64,000 bases of DNA, taken from assembly GCA_036630325.1 (NCBI GenBank), contig CP142731.1, forward strand, positions 744,001 to 808,000, given 5' to 3'. Every line of letters begins with the position of its first letter. Within the stretch, counting starts at the first letter, position 1. The position numbers and the translations under genes were made by a program. This DNA is from Vairimorpha necatrix. Lineage: Eukaryota. Of the stretch, positions 1-12,514 are shown one piece after another. Under the pieces are notes generated by a model. The model saw only the letters and a program-made list of their open reading frames with translations. It was not told the DNA's origin and did no database searches.

Positions 1-40
1 TTTTCGTCTCTTCTTTGCTCCTCCTTTTTTTACACTTCAT
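1..40 (-). CDS. 5' end of a CDS running off the window edge (MKCKKRRSKEETK...)
   Basis: Minus-strand CCCCAAAA-ATG at 40; frame open to the edge. Confidence 0.5.
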   Translation of the reverse strand, partial: MKCKKRRSKEETK

Positions 41-285
41 TTTTGGGGTTCGGAAAAAAAAATCGTAGCGCCTCAAATGCGGGGGCTGTAAGTTCTCTTT
101 AGCCAAAAATTATTTTACTTGGAAGTTTTTTTTTTACAAAAAATTTAAACATATATCTTTAAATCTTTTTATTATAATACCGAAAATAAAATGTTACAAT
201 TTGATAATTTAAAACTTCTATATAAACTTATTATTAATTTATTATTTAATTGTGTCCATTATATATTTACAAAAAATTACCCTAT

Positions 286-615
286 ATGATTTTTTATATT
301 ATCTTGTTATTGGCTTCAAATATTGAGAATTCACATACTATAGATACTGTACTCGAAATGTCCCCGATTAGTTTCTCAAATAATGTTTCTGAAGCCCCAA
401 TTAAAGTTATTAAACATAAACGCGCACTAGGTGGAAAGCAGTGTGAAAAAAGTTGTCATATACTTCTTTCTTCGCTTTTCATAGTATCGATAATATTATT
501 GGTTTTGGGCTTTAAAAATGGAACTTATTATATATTTGCAATGATATGATTATTAATGTGGATTTTAATAGCAGGGTTGGTTGCGTGTTCGGTACGTCTA
601 GGAATATTTTCATAG
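286..615 (+). pseudogene. Small signal-peptide/2-TM membrane protein, paralog of 17486..17800, with in-frame TGA at 547-549
   Basis: CCCTAT-ATG at 286; similarity to the paralog continues past the TGA (MI*LLMWILIAGLV vs MIGLASWVLIGGLF) to TAG 613-615. Confidence 0.7.
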
Positions 616-820
616 AAATCGTAAGTATTTTAAATTAAACAATTTTATACAAATCAAAAACAGTTATAATGCATTATAGTAAATATACCACATGTTGATT
701 CGGAATATATGTCTAAATTTTATCTTTAAAATTGTCTTTCACACAACCAAATTATGACATAATTAGTACATGTATTTATTTATCATATTTGGGGTTCAGA
801 AATATAAGAATATACAGTCC

Positions 821-996
821 ATTTCATTTTTATAGACACCTTGTTTCATAATTATAGACACCTTGTTCCATTTTTATAGACACTTTGTTTCATTTTTATA
901 GAACCCTCATTTCATTATTATAGATACCTTGTTTCATTTTTATAGAACCCTCATTTCATTATTATAGACACCTTGTTTTATTTTTATAGACATCTT
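821..996. repeat. 8 x 22-bp tandem repeat in left TIR
   Basis: Unit approx. GTTTCATTTTTATAGACACCTT. Confidence 0.9.
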
Positions 997-1145
997 GTTA
1001 TAAAATCTATTTTTATTTTTTTCATAATTTATTTATATAGTTGAATCGTAAAGAAGAGATAACGATATAGATATAAACATCAATATTTACATGGCAAACA
1101 ATTAAAACATCTTAGAAGTTTTTAATTAAAATGTTTAATATTAAT

Positions 1146-2235
1146 TCAAAAAAAATTCGCATTGACAAGAGCTTTCTCGATAAATTCTCTCATATGAGAA
1201 AAGTAACCATCCATGACGAATACTTCTGTGTTCAACACGTCCTCAATACAATCAAATAACAAAGGAGTGGTTGTTGGTCTAGGTCTCTGTTTTACTCGAA
1301 ACTTGAAACTGTTTAAAAACTCCTCGATGGGGTTTAGTTGTGGAGAATATGGAGGGAGAAGTTTTAGACTGTGTCATTTGTTTCTAGCTGCAGCAACTAC
1401 TTCGGATGTTCTGTGTATAGATGTGTTATCCAATATTATAGATCTGTTTTCCTCTTGCTCACAAATAGGTAAATAGTTGTTAATGAATTGACAAAATCTG
1501 TAGATTTAAAATTCCGACTTTAGTTTTATGCGCTTATAATCCAATAACGCTTATAGCACACATTAAAGAAATATTAGTCCCTTTCGAATTCAAAGCCGTT
1601 ACACAACACTTAGTATTTCTTAAAGAATAACCAAAAGTATTGTTAAGGTGCAGATTTAAACCAGTTTTATCGAGAAATATTAAATTATCATTTGATATGA
1701 TATCTATTACCCTCGCATATTGACACCTTAACAGCTTGTTCTGAGGACTGTTTCTACTTAGTGGAATCAAAGTCTGGGTTTAGAACTATACCCTATTTTT
1801 TTTAACAAGTCTGCAAACAGTTGACTTAGAGTAATGTCCCGTGGAATTTAAATTTTGCAATTTATCGGATAAATTATATAGACCTAGACAAGGATTACGG
1901 GCCATTTCCGTTGCAATAATATTTGAAACCATAGAAATATCTTTTAAAGATTCACTCTTTTTTTGTCCTGCCGTTTTAAAGTTAAAGGTCGGTAAATTCT
2001 CCGTAGGATATCTTTTATATAGGCGTTTAACGCTAGATTACTGAGATTTAAAGCAACTTCCATATCAATAAGTTTCATACCAGGTCGAGTAACGAAAGAA
2101 AATTTTTGATTATCGACCTGGTAATCATCTTCCTGGTTTTTCTTGGAGTAGAAAACTCCGTTTTATCTTCTTTCTCATCAAATGATCTTTTTTACGATAT
2201 TCCTTAAGTTCATCTCTGACATTTAGGTTTCTCAT
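1146..2235 (-). pseudogene. Frameshifted DDE transposase (Tc1/IS630 family)
   Basis: Motifs LIFLDKTGLNLH, IILDNTSIH and LLPPYSPQLNPIEEFF spread over broken frames. Confidence 0.85.
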
Positions 2236-2283
2236 ATTTTAAGGTTTAAAAATTTTAAAGGAAAGTAAAATAAATTTTAGAAC

Positions 2284-2481
2284 AAGGGTTCTATAATAAT
2301 GAAATGAGGGTTCTATAAAAATGAAATAGGGTGTCTATAATTATGAAATAGGGTGTCTATAATTATGAAACAAGGTGTCTATAAAAATGGAACAAGGTGT
2401 CTATAAAAATGGAACAAGGTGTCTATAAAAATGGAACAAGGTGTCTATAAAAATGGAACAAGGTGTCTATAAAAATGAAAT
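2284..2481. repeat. 9 x 22-bp tandem repeat in right TIR
   Basis: Unit approx. AAGGTGTCTATAAAAATGGAAC, the reverse complement of the left unit. Confidence 0.9.
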
Positions 2482-2499
2482 GGACTGTATAACATCCCC

Positions 2500-5400
2500 C
2501 CTCCAAGACGGTTAGTCTCCTACATCACCATTAACCCCAAGCAGATTTTTCAAGTCATAATGTCTCTTTTTAACATATCGCCCATTAGATAGCTTCACAA
2601 CTTACAAGTCCCCAGGGCATATCACCATTATAATACCTTCGTCTAAAAACCTTCCCTTTTCATATTTATTACATCCTTTGATGTTTTCTTTCTTAGCTAT
2701 CCTTACTCGTTGTCCTTCAATAAACCGCTCTCTATATCTTCTAACAAATCTTTTACTGTAGTCTCCTTCTGGTCCATTTAATATCATCACTTTTCCCGTA
2801 TTGTCTTTTACCGCCTCATTGGGAGTACTTCTTATACCTTCGTGGTAACTTTTATTATAAATTTTAAAGCTTTCCATCACTATGTCTTTTAAACTCGCCG
2901 TCTCTTTACTCATTTTCAATATTGGCTCTCTCAGCGTTCCTAAACTCTTTCAACTCTACCATTGCTTCTATAACACTCGACACTCACCTTATTATGGGCA
3001 ATATCCAATTTTCTACACAAATAATTAAGTCAACATTGTCAAATTCCTTCCCATTATCCGTTATTATTTCCTCCGGCCTCCTGCCATTTCTACATAAGTA
3101 TTCAATAAATTGGGCCGCAGAGGATCTCTTCTTATCGTATAATACACATCCCCACGCTACCTTGTATGGTAATCTATCGCAACTAATACATATTTGCCCT
3201 TATCTCTAAAATCAATCAAATATAACGCTACTTTTTCTAAATACCTGCTTGTAGCAACAAAAATACATTCTCCAGACCTTTTTATTGTAAATTTGACACT
3301 CCTCGCACCTTTTTATCATTTTACCTATATCTGCTTTTATTCCTGGCCAATAATAATCAAACTTCATGGCATAATACATGCTTCCTAGTCCTCCGTGTCC
3401 ATGCTCTTCATGATAACGTCTCATAAGCTCATTCTTTCTTTTTTAGGAATCAATGCTTTCCTTCCCGAATCAAAATTCCAGTATTCTTTACCGTCTATTG
3501 TCTCGACGTGTTTCAACCATTTACCTTCAATTTGACGCTCACTTCTTTTTTTTATCATCTCTTTTCTTGGATCAACCTCCTCGTGTATCCTACTCAAAGC
3601 ATCCGCCACGACCATTTTTTCTGTTTCCTGTAATCTATTTCAAAGTCAAATTCTTGGATCTTTTCAATCCATCGATTAATTCTATTATTATTAAAACACG
3701 GCTTTCTTCTTATTTTCGCCAATGCTTTGCGATCCGTTTCTACTTTAAATTTTCGTCCTCTTAACTCATACTCAAATTTCTTTATTCCCCAATATATGGC
3801 ATACATTTCCTTTTTACTTATACCATATCTAGTTTCCGTCGGGGTGAATTTCTTCGATGCCCATTGTACTGGCACCCACTCTTCTTTATCATTCTTCTGC
3901 ATGAGTACTGCGCCCATTCCTATATTACTCGCGTCAGTTCTTAATAAAAATTCCTTGTCATAGTTTACAATTTTCAACTTACTCATACTTCTTAACGTTT
4001 CCTTCATATTTTCGAACTCTTTATTCAAGTCATCAGTCCAATTCAATACTTTACTTTTACCTTTCAAACTTTCAGTCATATATAATGTCTTCTCCGCATA
4101 ATTCTTAATAAATCCTCGAGTCATTCACTCAGTCCTAAAAATCTTTTTATGTCAGACACATTCTGCGGCGTTGGAAACTCTAGTGCTTCATTTTCCTTGA
4201 TTTCAGACGGCATCATATCATCTCCGTTTAGTGTAATTATTAATAACTTTACTTCCTTTTAGCAATACTGAATTTTCTTTGAATTTATCCGCTATTATTC
4301 CGTTCTAACAATTCCATCGCTTCTACAAATAGTTTTCATGTTCTTTTATAGTCTTCGCATGAATCACTATATCGTCCATGTATACTTCTATTTTACCACC
4401 CAAATGTTTTTCAAAAATCTAATTCATAATTCTCTGCGTGGTCTGGGGCGAGTTTACAAACCCCATGACCATAATATTCCACTCATATACTATCTTATCA
4501 TACTTAAATGCAGTCTTATGCTTATCTTGCTCTTCTATTTCGATTCCATAAAAAGCCTCCTTAAGGTCTATAACACTAAAAAACTTCGACCCTTGCGTGT
4601 TCCTTATGATATCCCTAATGTTCACTAATTTATAAGGGTCTTTCTCCACTAAATCATTAAATGCCATGAGATTGCTAACCAGTCTTATACTTCTATCTGG
4701 CTTAACTAAAGCTTTAATCGGATTTCTCCATTCCGACGTCGATCTTCTTATGACATTCCTTGTCTCTAACTTCTGAATATATTTTCTTAGCTCTTCTTTA
4801 TGCGCTTGTGGCACCTGCTGACCTTTTCTTACAACTTTCTTACATTCTTCAGTTCTGATTCTGCATTTTTCGATTTTACAATATCTTATTTTCTCTTCTT
4901 CGTTGTCTACAACGTTCCTAAACCTCTTTCTCATGTCTTCTAATGTTAGACCGTTCTTTTCTACCTCATCATAACATATTTTATTTATTGTCTTCCATTC
5001 TTGTTTCTTTTGTCTTTTAGCATCCCATGTGTTCCTATAAGTCCTTTCATCACAGCTACTGCTACCTTCTTCTTTAATCTTCTCACATTCGTCTTTATTC
5101 TTAATATTTCTATATCTATAATAACACATTTGACTCTTATGTCCCATTCTTGAACCATTATAACATCTCATTGTTCCTCTCTTTTCAAATATTTTTTCCT
5201 CTCTACTAATATTTCTAATCTCCTCTGCCACCTTCTTTGTGACCTCCTCAATCATCAGTAAATTCATATCCCTTTCCTCCTGTACTTTAACAGTTCCTCT
5301 AATTTGGTTTCCATAACTTTCCAATGATCTCCAATCTTAATATTCTTAACCATAAATTCTTTCAACTCATCAGTTCTAAGATCAAAAATCTCATTCTTTA

Positions 5401-5542
5401 CATTCTTCTCAAAATCATAATCAGACAATACTAGTCCATAAACAATCCTCTTAAAATCTTCAAATAACCTTCTGGCCTCTTGACCACAGCCAACACCTGT
5501 TAACTCACGATTCGGTATCGCCCCCATGTATTTATTTATCAT
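2500..5542 (-). pseudogene. Fragmented gag-pol of element 1
   Basis: Decayed Zn knuckle CYNGSRMGHKSQMC; RT FSVIDLKEAFY; RNase H LRTDASNIGMGAVL and VVADALSR; integrase HGHGG..CEEC; many frameshifts. Confidence 0.88.
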
Positions 5543-6517
5543 AATTGGGGTTCAGAAATATAAGAATATATAACAGTACATACCTTTCAAAGGACCTCAA
5601 AAAGTATATTTATAAGCAAGAAACAGTACTTGTTTACAACGAACTTATCGGCGTGAGCAAATAATAAGCAATGCTGTGATTTAAGGATAAGATATATATG
5701 TTAAGCTTGAACGATATATTATTACATAAATACCTTGTTTTACAATTATACTATTTACTTTAGCCAAAAATATTATTTAAATCATAAATGTTTATTTAAA
5801 TTCTGTTTTTTTGCCATGATCCAAACTTACAATATCATCTATATGTATGTAGTAGTACCTTCAAAATTTTCTACAAAACAAATTAATGCCTAAAATAAAA
5901 CATTTTTTCTTTGTGTAATGAACAGTATATACAAATATAAAATTTTATAGGAATTAAACATATTAGCAATAGAGTAGACCAAAGGAATATTTAACTGTAA
6001 GCTCTTCAGTATTATTACTCAAAATTTACAGATTGTGCAGTAGGCATGACGAAATAAGAAAATGTTATCTACATATAGGTAAAATCCGATGGGATGGAAA
6101 ACTTAATATAGATGTATATTGCAAAATACAGATAAATATAGTCATTTTCTTATTATTCTGTCAGGTGTTGCAAATTTAGCATGCCATTGCATTTATAAAA
6201 TGTTTGATAGACAGAGCTTGTGACTCTCTATAAAAACATTAAACTAATATTTATTTTTGTTCGCGCAAAAAGGTCATCAAACCTACATTATTTAAGAGAG
6301 AAAAGAAACTACTATTTATTTATATTGTAATATTTTCACGATTATAGTTTATACTTATTTTTTTATCTAAGAACAGTTATTATGAACTATAAAAAATACA
6401 AAAGATTTCTTAATTTCTATGGATTATGTGTAATAAAAATGTTTTATAGGCTATGTAAAAATTTAATAATAATTGCAATTTTTAATAATAATATTTAACA
6501 ATATGTAATTAATTTTT

Positions 6518-8770
6518 TTAATCCTTAATTGCTGTTATTAGTATGTCAGTTAACTCAACCCCGGAATTATTATTCATAATTTCTATCAATTCGTGCTTAT
6601 TTAAAATTTTATGTATAAAATTCAATTTGTCTTCACTTTCCTCTTTTTTACGTTTATCATTTATAAAATTGCTTTCAAATAACGTCATCATCGTTCTAGG
6701 CAATTCTTTTATAGCATTGGTTTTATAATTTTCATTGACATATTCAGTCACAGCCTTTTTAATTTTTTTTTCAAGATCAGTTTTATATTCGACTACAGAT
6801 TCTTTATTTATATTCAGTGCTAGAATTTCATTCTCGTGGTAATTATAAGTTTCTGCAATCTCTTTCATTGCTTCAATTATTAGCTCGTTTTCAAATTTTA
6901 TCTTACCATTTTCATCGAACTTATTTTCAATATTGGCATTCAAACCCATCAAAATGATTTTTTTTAGTTTTGCGATCAAATCATCATTTAGAAATATTTT
7001 AATGTACTGTTCCATTTCTTTAATTTTTTTATTCCTTGCTTCTTCATATTTCCTTTCTACGATAGCATTTTCTGATAATTTTTTTAATATTATCTTTGCA
7101 TTAATTTCAATATTATTTTTATCAAATCCAAGGTAATTAATAAATCTATCATTGTTATGATTCAATTGATGGTATTTATTTTCTTCAAAATTATTTAATT
7201 CTGTGAATAGTAGAATCATTTTACAGAACCGTACAAGAACTTCAAATTTAAAATTGTGAATATTATTAATATGAATGCTTAATTTTTCTTCAATTATTTT
7301 CACTAAACTAAAATTTTCTTTTTTGCTGCCACTATCATATTCCCTTGTATAAGTTTTATCTTTTGAAAGATTTATAATTTCTAATAAAGTACCAAATAAC
7401 TTATCCCCATCTACTTCATCATCATTCATATAACTTTCGGATTCTAAGAGTAAGCAAATCTTTATCAAGTAAAAATGAAGACTATTTATTATTTTGTAGT
7501 TTGTCATTAAGATTTCTATTATATGGCTTATTATCGAGTCAAGGTTTGTATCTTCTTCTAATTCTAATAGCAAATTAAATTCAATTTGGTTAATTATATT
7601 CCCAGATAACAATAAATGTACAGATAATATATTTAAAGGAGAACCTTTATTTTTTAATATTTTAGCCATTATTGTTTCTATCTTGTTATGCCTCCTTAAA
7701 ATTCTAAAAAACATTTCAACTCCTTTAAAAAAACATTCGATGTTATTTATTTCTGAGATCTTTTTAAGGATTTGCTTGAATTCGATAAAATTTTTTTTTT
7801 CAATGAAAAAGTGGTTATATTCTAGAAGCATATCATTCGTGGTATAATAAAAATAGTAACCATAAGTTTGCTTGATACTTATTTTATCAGACTCTATTTC
7901 AAGTATAAAGTTTATATTTGGGATTTCGATTTTACAAGACGTACATATAAATTGAAATGGGATAAAAAATGTTTCAATCCCATAAATATCTGATAGTTTA
8001 CAAATTTTTAGAAGTTTATTTAGTATATCTTCGTCACGTTTATCATTTATTCTTATATTTGCATCACTCAAAGTATAAAAGGTCTCAACTTCAATTTCTT
8101 CGGAGTTTAATTCGAATAAATAATAAATTCCGCAACTTTCAATGTAGAATCGAACATATTCATCATGTGTTTCTTCTTTATGAAAAAAATAGACTTTATA
8201 CATATCTATACTATCTTCATTGGTAGTTGTTTTGTGTTCTGTTTCGTGCAACTTTTCAAGCAAATATGAATCTTTTTCACAAATATGTTCATAATAAATT
8301 TCCCATGCCTTTTTATTTACTCTCCTCTTTTTATTAATGCTTTTAATATTTTCTATAACTTCTTTCATTGTGGGACAAGTGCAAAAATTATATGGATCGT
8401 ACATTAAGATCTTGGAATAAGTGGTTAAATTTTTTAGATTTAATACTAAATAATGTTCAATATCTTCACTGATCTCATGAATAGATTTGTTATCAAAATA
8501 ATATCCAAATTTCTCTACATTATAATTGCAATCACCTGACAAATGTTTTTCTATGTCTAAATAAAAAATTTTACTTTTTTCATTAAAGAAAATAGTAATT
8601 TTATTAAATTGTTCCTTGGCATTGAATTGAACATAATCTCTGTTTTCTTTTTTACTAATAATCATATTCTTGATATTTTCATATGTTCTTTGATTATTTT
8701 GCATTTTTTCAAATGCAATCTGTGTTGTATGAATAATTATAAATGAAAACATTATTGTAATTATATTCAT
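6518..8770 (-). CDS. 750-aa lineage-specific protein with N-terminal signal peptide; paralog of 12515..14773
   Basis: Long ORF; CCCAT-ATG start; hydrophobic N-terminus; end-to-end similarity to paralog (e.g. HLLLSGNII, SLHFYLIKICLL). Confidence 0.88.
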   Translation of the reverse strand: MNIITIMFSFIIIHTTQIAFEKMQNNQRTYENIKNMIISKKENRDYVQFNAKEQFNKITIFFNEKSKIFYLDIEKHLSGDCNYNVEKFGYYFDNKSIHEISEDIEHYLVLNLKNLTTYSKILMYDPYNFCTCPTMKEVIENIKSINKKRRVNKKAWEIYYEHICEKDSYLLEKLHETEHKTTTNEDSIDMYKVYFFHKEETHDEYVRFYIESCGIYYLFELNSEEIEVETFYTLSDANIRINDKRDEDILNKLLKICKLSDIYGIETFFIPFQFICTSCKIEIPNINFILEIESDKISIKQTYGYYFYYTTNDMLLEYNHFFIEKKNFIEFKQILKKISEINNIECFFKGVEMFFRILRRHNKIETIMAKILKNKGSPLNILSVHLLLSGNIINQIEFNLLLELEEDTNLDSIISHIIEILMTNYKIINSLHFYLIKICLLLESESYMNDDEVDGDKLFGTLLEIINLSKDKTYTREYDSGSKKENFSLVKIIEEKLSIHINNIHNFKFEVLVRFCKMILLFTELNNFEENKYHQLNHNNDRFINYLGFDKNNIEINAKIILKKLSENAIVERKYEEARNKKIKEMEQYIKIFLNDDLIAKLKKIILMGLNANIENKFDENGKIKFENELIIEAMKEIAETYNYHENEILALNINKESVVEYKTDLEKKIKKAVTEYVNENYKTNAIKELPRTMMTLFESNFINDKRKKEESEDKLNFIHKILNKHELIEIMNNNSGVELTDILITAIKD

Positions 8771-9756
8771 ATGGGATAAAAAATTATCAAATATATATAA
8801 TAAATGATACGTTTATACGTTAGAATACATAATTGTTATATAAATCTGTGCGTTTATTGATATTGAACGATATTTGCAAAAAAAAAAAAATTTAGTACAT
8901 AAAATTTATTTATTTAATCAACGATGACGTTCCTTGAAATATTTGACATCTAAATAAATTATTATAAAAAAATATATTATTACATGGAACTGTCTTAAAA
9001 ATTTTAGTCTATACAAAAGTCAGATTATATTTTATTTTTCAATCTGACAAAAAATATTAAAAACAAAAAAAACGTCAAACATCAAAATGACACGATCTCG
9101 ACATGCCAAATGACTTAATATAAATTTTTTGTTCATAAAAAATAAATTTTAACATACAAATGATACAAATACAAACAATTCTAACATAAAACAAATAATA
9201 ATTTCTAAAAGGGAAAAAATAATAATAGATGGAATTTTGCATTAGATAGTAAATCTATATATTATTGTAAATGATATTATTCATATTGTTTTATTCGATT
9301 AACCAAGTTCTTACATACTTTGTCTAATTTATAAAATTTTTTAGATTATAAAGTACTTCCATTTAAATCTTTTGTTTTTAAAAATTTAAAGAAATATGAA
9401 AACAATCAACAGCAAAAATATGTTAGAAATATCCAAGTTAAGGGGGATTTAATAATAAAAATATAAAGTAAACAATGACATGAGAATGTCACAACAAATA
9501 CTTATAGATCTTTTAAATATTGTATTAGAAAATGTAAAATATTTATTTAAGTCAAAGTTATATTACTACTATAACTTTCCAATTAAAAATCTATTATATA
9601 GTAAGAATATAGGGGTTGGGGTTTAAAAAATTGTTTGAACGAATAATGTTATAAATTTGTGTTTTGTTAACTTAAAATGCTCCCTATGTATTAAAAATAA
9701 ACAATTTTGAAATTTTACATGCTATAGATAACATTAAAATATGTAAATAATTTTTA

Positions 9757-10306
9757 TTAAATTCTTAGTGGTTTTTTCGTAATACTTCTCTGAATTTCAC
9801 TCATTTGATAATCATAAGATTTCCAAAGATTTAAAAGTTTTAGTTTAGTATTTTTTCTAGCTTGATTTTTTTTAAAGCGATAATTTAATGATTTCCTCGA
9901 CTGTCTTTTGAGATTTTGAGATTCGGCCATAATTTTTTCATTGCAAATATTCATCGCCATATTAAATTCCTCCATATAATATCCAATTTCCCTTTTATTT
10001 ATATTATTAAAATATGACAACATTATGTAGGCAATTTAAATAATTAGCCTTTTTATCTTCCATTCTATTCAAACTATTGAATATTTATCTGCTTATATTT
10101 TCACTACATGATTTGATTTCTGCGTCGCTTATTTTTGCAAATTCTTTTTTCTCCTTTTTATATCTTTTTAAAAATCTTTTTGTTCTTATTATTTTGATCT
10201 TTGTCCTCTTATCAACAATGATATTTATGTTCTCTTTACCAATAGATTTATATCTAGAAGTGTTTATAATTGTTATATATAAAGTTACTAGATACATCAC
10301 ATTCAT
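9757..10306 (-). pseudogene. Probable disrupted secreted-protein gene
   Basis: CCCAT-ATG at 10306 (MNVMYLVTLYITII, signal-like); TAA at 10085-10087; coding-like sequence continues and shifts into ORF 9757..10023. Confidence 0.45.
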
Positions 10307-10689
10307 ATGGGTAAATATAATATAACAAAACATTAACGAAATTTTCTACGAATAAACGTAGTCAATTGTGATAAATAATTTGATCGATTGTTAAATTTTT
10401 AAAAAATATTTTTTAATGTTTTAATAAAATATTTAATTGGGTTTTTATAAAATGGTTTTTTCAGTCATAGTTACAAACATTTCCGAGCCTATTTATGTGA
10501 ATTAGCTCTTCATAGTTTAAACTTACCGTTATAATGTCCATGTACGCTGAAAAATTAAATTTCCTCATTTCACAACACCTTTTCTATATAAACTATCTCC
10601 TGGGTATAACATTTACAGTATAGCCTTTTTTTTCTATAACATCTTTCTGGTCGCATTTCGTTTTCTATTAAGCATTTGGGGGTTGAAGT

Positions 10690-11300
10690 CATCTTCTGCA
10701 TAATTTGGCGATATATGCTCAATGAAAAGGTTAGATTTCTATCATTATCGTATTTTATGGAATTTGATCATAACACCTTTCCATGTCTTTGAGTATAAAA
10801 CTTTTCAAGTCTAGATTTATGCATAGGACCCTGTTTATTTGCAAGAAGATTATATCTCTTAGCAATGAATTCCCGATTGTAATAGATCGATTCTGGTTGA
10901 TTATTCCAACTTTTATAGTATATATCTTCCTTTTCGCCTTATCAAGCACATGAATATAAGAATTATTATAATTCTCGTAATATGAATATGTATCTTGTTT
11001 CTAATCTTATTTTAGTTCGCATTTTTCATGATCTCCACGTCGATTGTTTACGTATCTTTTTCGTTCTTTAATACTATTTTTCTACATAATAAGAGATGAA
11101 TGTAAATAACTTACTCGTGGTAGCTTTTCAAATGATTTAAAACAATATTTGATTGCTCTTAGTAGCTTTTTATCTCGTAATCCTATGTAATTTACAATGA
11201 GAATATTGCCATCTTGTTTACGTAATACGGTTCAACGTGATGACGTAATATATTTCTCGAAATTGGCTCAATTGTTCGTTTGACATGCAGGCCAGAGTTC
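10690..11300 (-). mobile_element. Decayed 3' part of a REL-endonuclease non-LTR retrotransposon
   Basis: Fragments VLDKAKRKIYTIKVGI, KRYNLLANK and TWKGVMIKFHK parallel those of the copy at 27.9-28.9 kb. Confidence 0.6.
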
Positions 11301-12514
11301 TAAATGTTTTTTATTGATTTTCTTTGAGTTTAGCCGACATTACGCGATTTATTTTGTTTCTAGGTTATTGTAAAGCACATTTTCAGATCTTATATCTTCT
11401 TTTGTATTTCTTTTCGCAGAAACCTTTACTGGCAAAATTTTACTAGAATAAGGCATAGCAGAAATACATTTTATTTTGTATTAAAAATAAAAGCTTTAAC
11501 GAAAAAAGCCAACATATGTTCGAAATTACAACATTCTCTAAAAAACATAGCAATATATTATTGAAGTTAAAATAGGGCTATTCATTACGAATTATTTAAT
11601 AAAGGAAAAAACAAACATATAACATGAAGAAACAAGCTGTTTTTAATAATCTAAATCACGTTCTATAGAAAAGTCAAAAAAAGCATCAAAGGATTTATTC
11701 AAATAGGATGGCCGAAGATGTTTAAGCATGCTGTTTGACAACCTAGTAGAGGCAACTTAAATTTAGTGAGTTACACAGTCAAAAAGGTGTAATGTAATAT
11801 AGATTTAACATAATTTGGCCTCGAAAAATAACTTATTACATTTATGAAAATAGGCCATTCACTTAGACTATGCACAATATCGTAAACAATGACAAAGGCT
11901 AAATTTATTTTTTTTGCTTCATGAGTTTGATCTAATCTTTGAACGGATAAATCTTTAAAAAAAAATGAATTTGTAAAAGATTCAAATTAGAATAAAATTT
12001 ATTGATATGAGGTGTTCGTACTTTTGATCCTAATAAATGTTGTAACCCTCCAAGACATTTTATAGCAATAGAATATCTATAAAATATATTACACATGAAA
12101 TATTTTTCGAATGAGGATAAATTGTTTAATTAGAATCCAATGAATCAATAATGATCATTTTTATAAGTTACGTTAAATTTTGAAAAGTCGATTTAGTAGA
12201 TATTCGAGAGGGAAGTTTTTTGTTGATATTGTGTCATTGTAAAGGCTATCTACTAGACTAGCCCAAAAAGATATTTCACGGAATGTTATAATAAAAAATA
12301 TAACTTACAATTTGCATACATTAATGTTAAGTAGCTACGACATATATATGTTGTTCTTGAAGAAATTCGAAGTTCTAATAAATTTGAATCAGAATAATAA
12401 TTTTTACTGTCCGTTTTATTTAAAATACATATACATATATTAGTAATTGTATATGAACACAAATATGCCAAATTTAAAAATGTTTGAAATTCCATAAAAT
12501 AAATAACTATTTAA

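Larger units (their letters stand above)
815..2487 (-). mobile_element. Tc1/IS630-like DNA transposon with long repeat-built TIRs
   Basis: TA-CAGTCCATTTCATTTTTATAGACACCTTGTT at both ends (inverted); TA TSD (813-814, 2488-2489); transposase motifs inside. Confidence 0.92.
771..5575 (-). mobile_element. Decayed Ty3/gypsy LTR retrotransposon (element 1) with 49-bp LTRs; 3' LTR interrupted by a Tc1-like transposon
   Basis: 5' LTR 5527-5575; 3' LTR 771-814 plus 2490-2494; TG..CA ends; TSD GTACA (766-770, 5576-5580); PBS-like TGGGGGCGATACCG; PPT GGAGGGGGGA; gag/RT/RNase H/IN fragments. Confidence 0.92.

Noticed and set aside
821-2481. 22-bp repeat arrays as CRISPR or telomeric repeats
   Set aside because: No spacers; they form the inverted termini of a TA-flanked transposon
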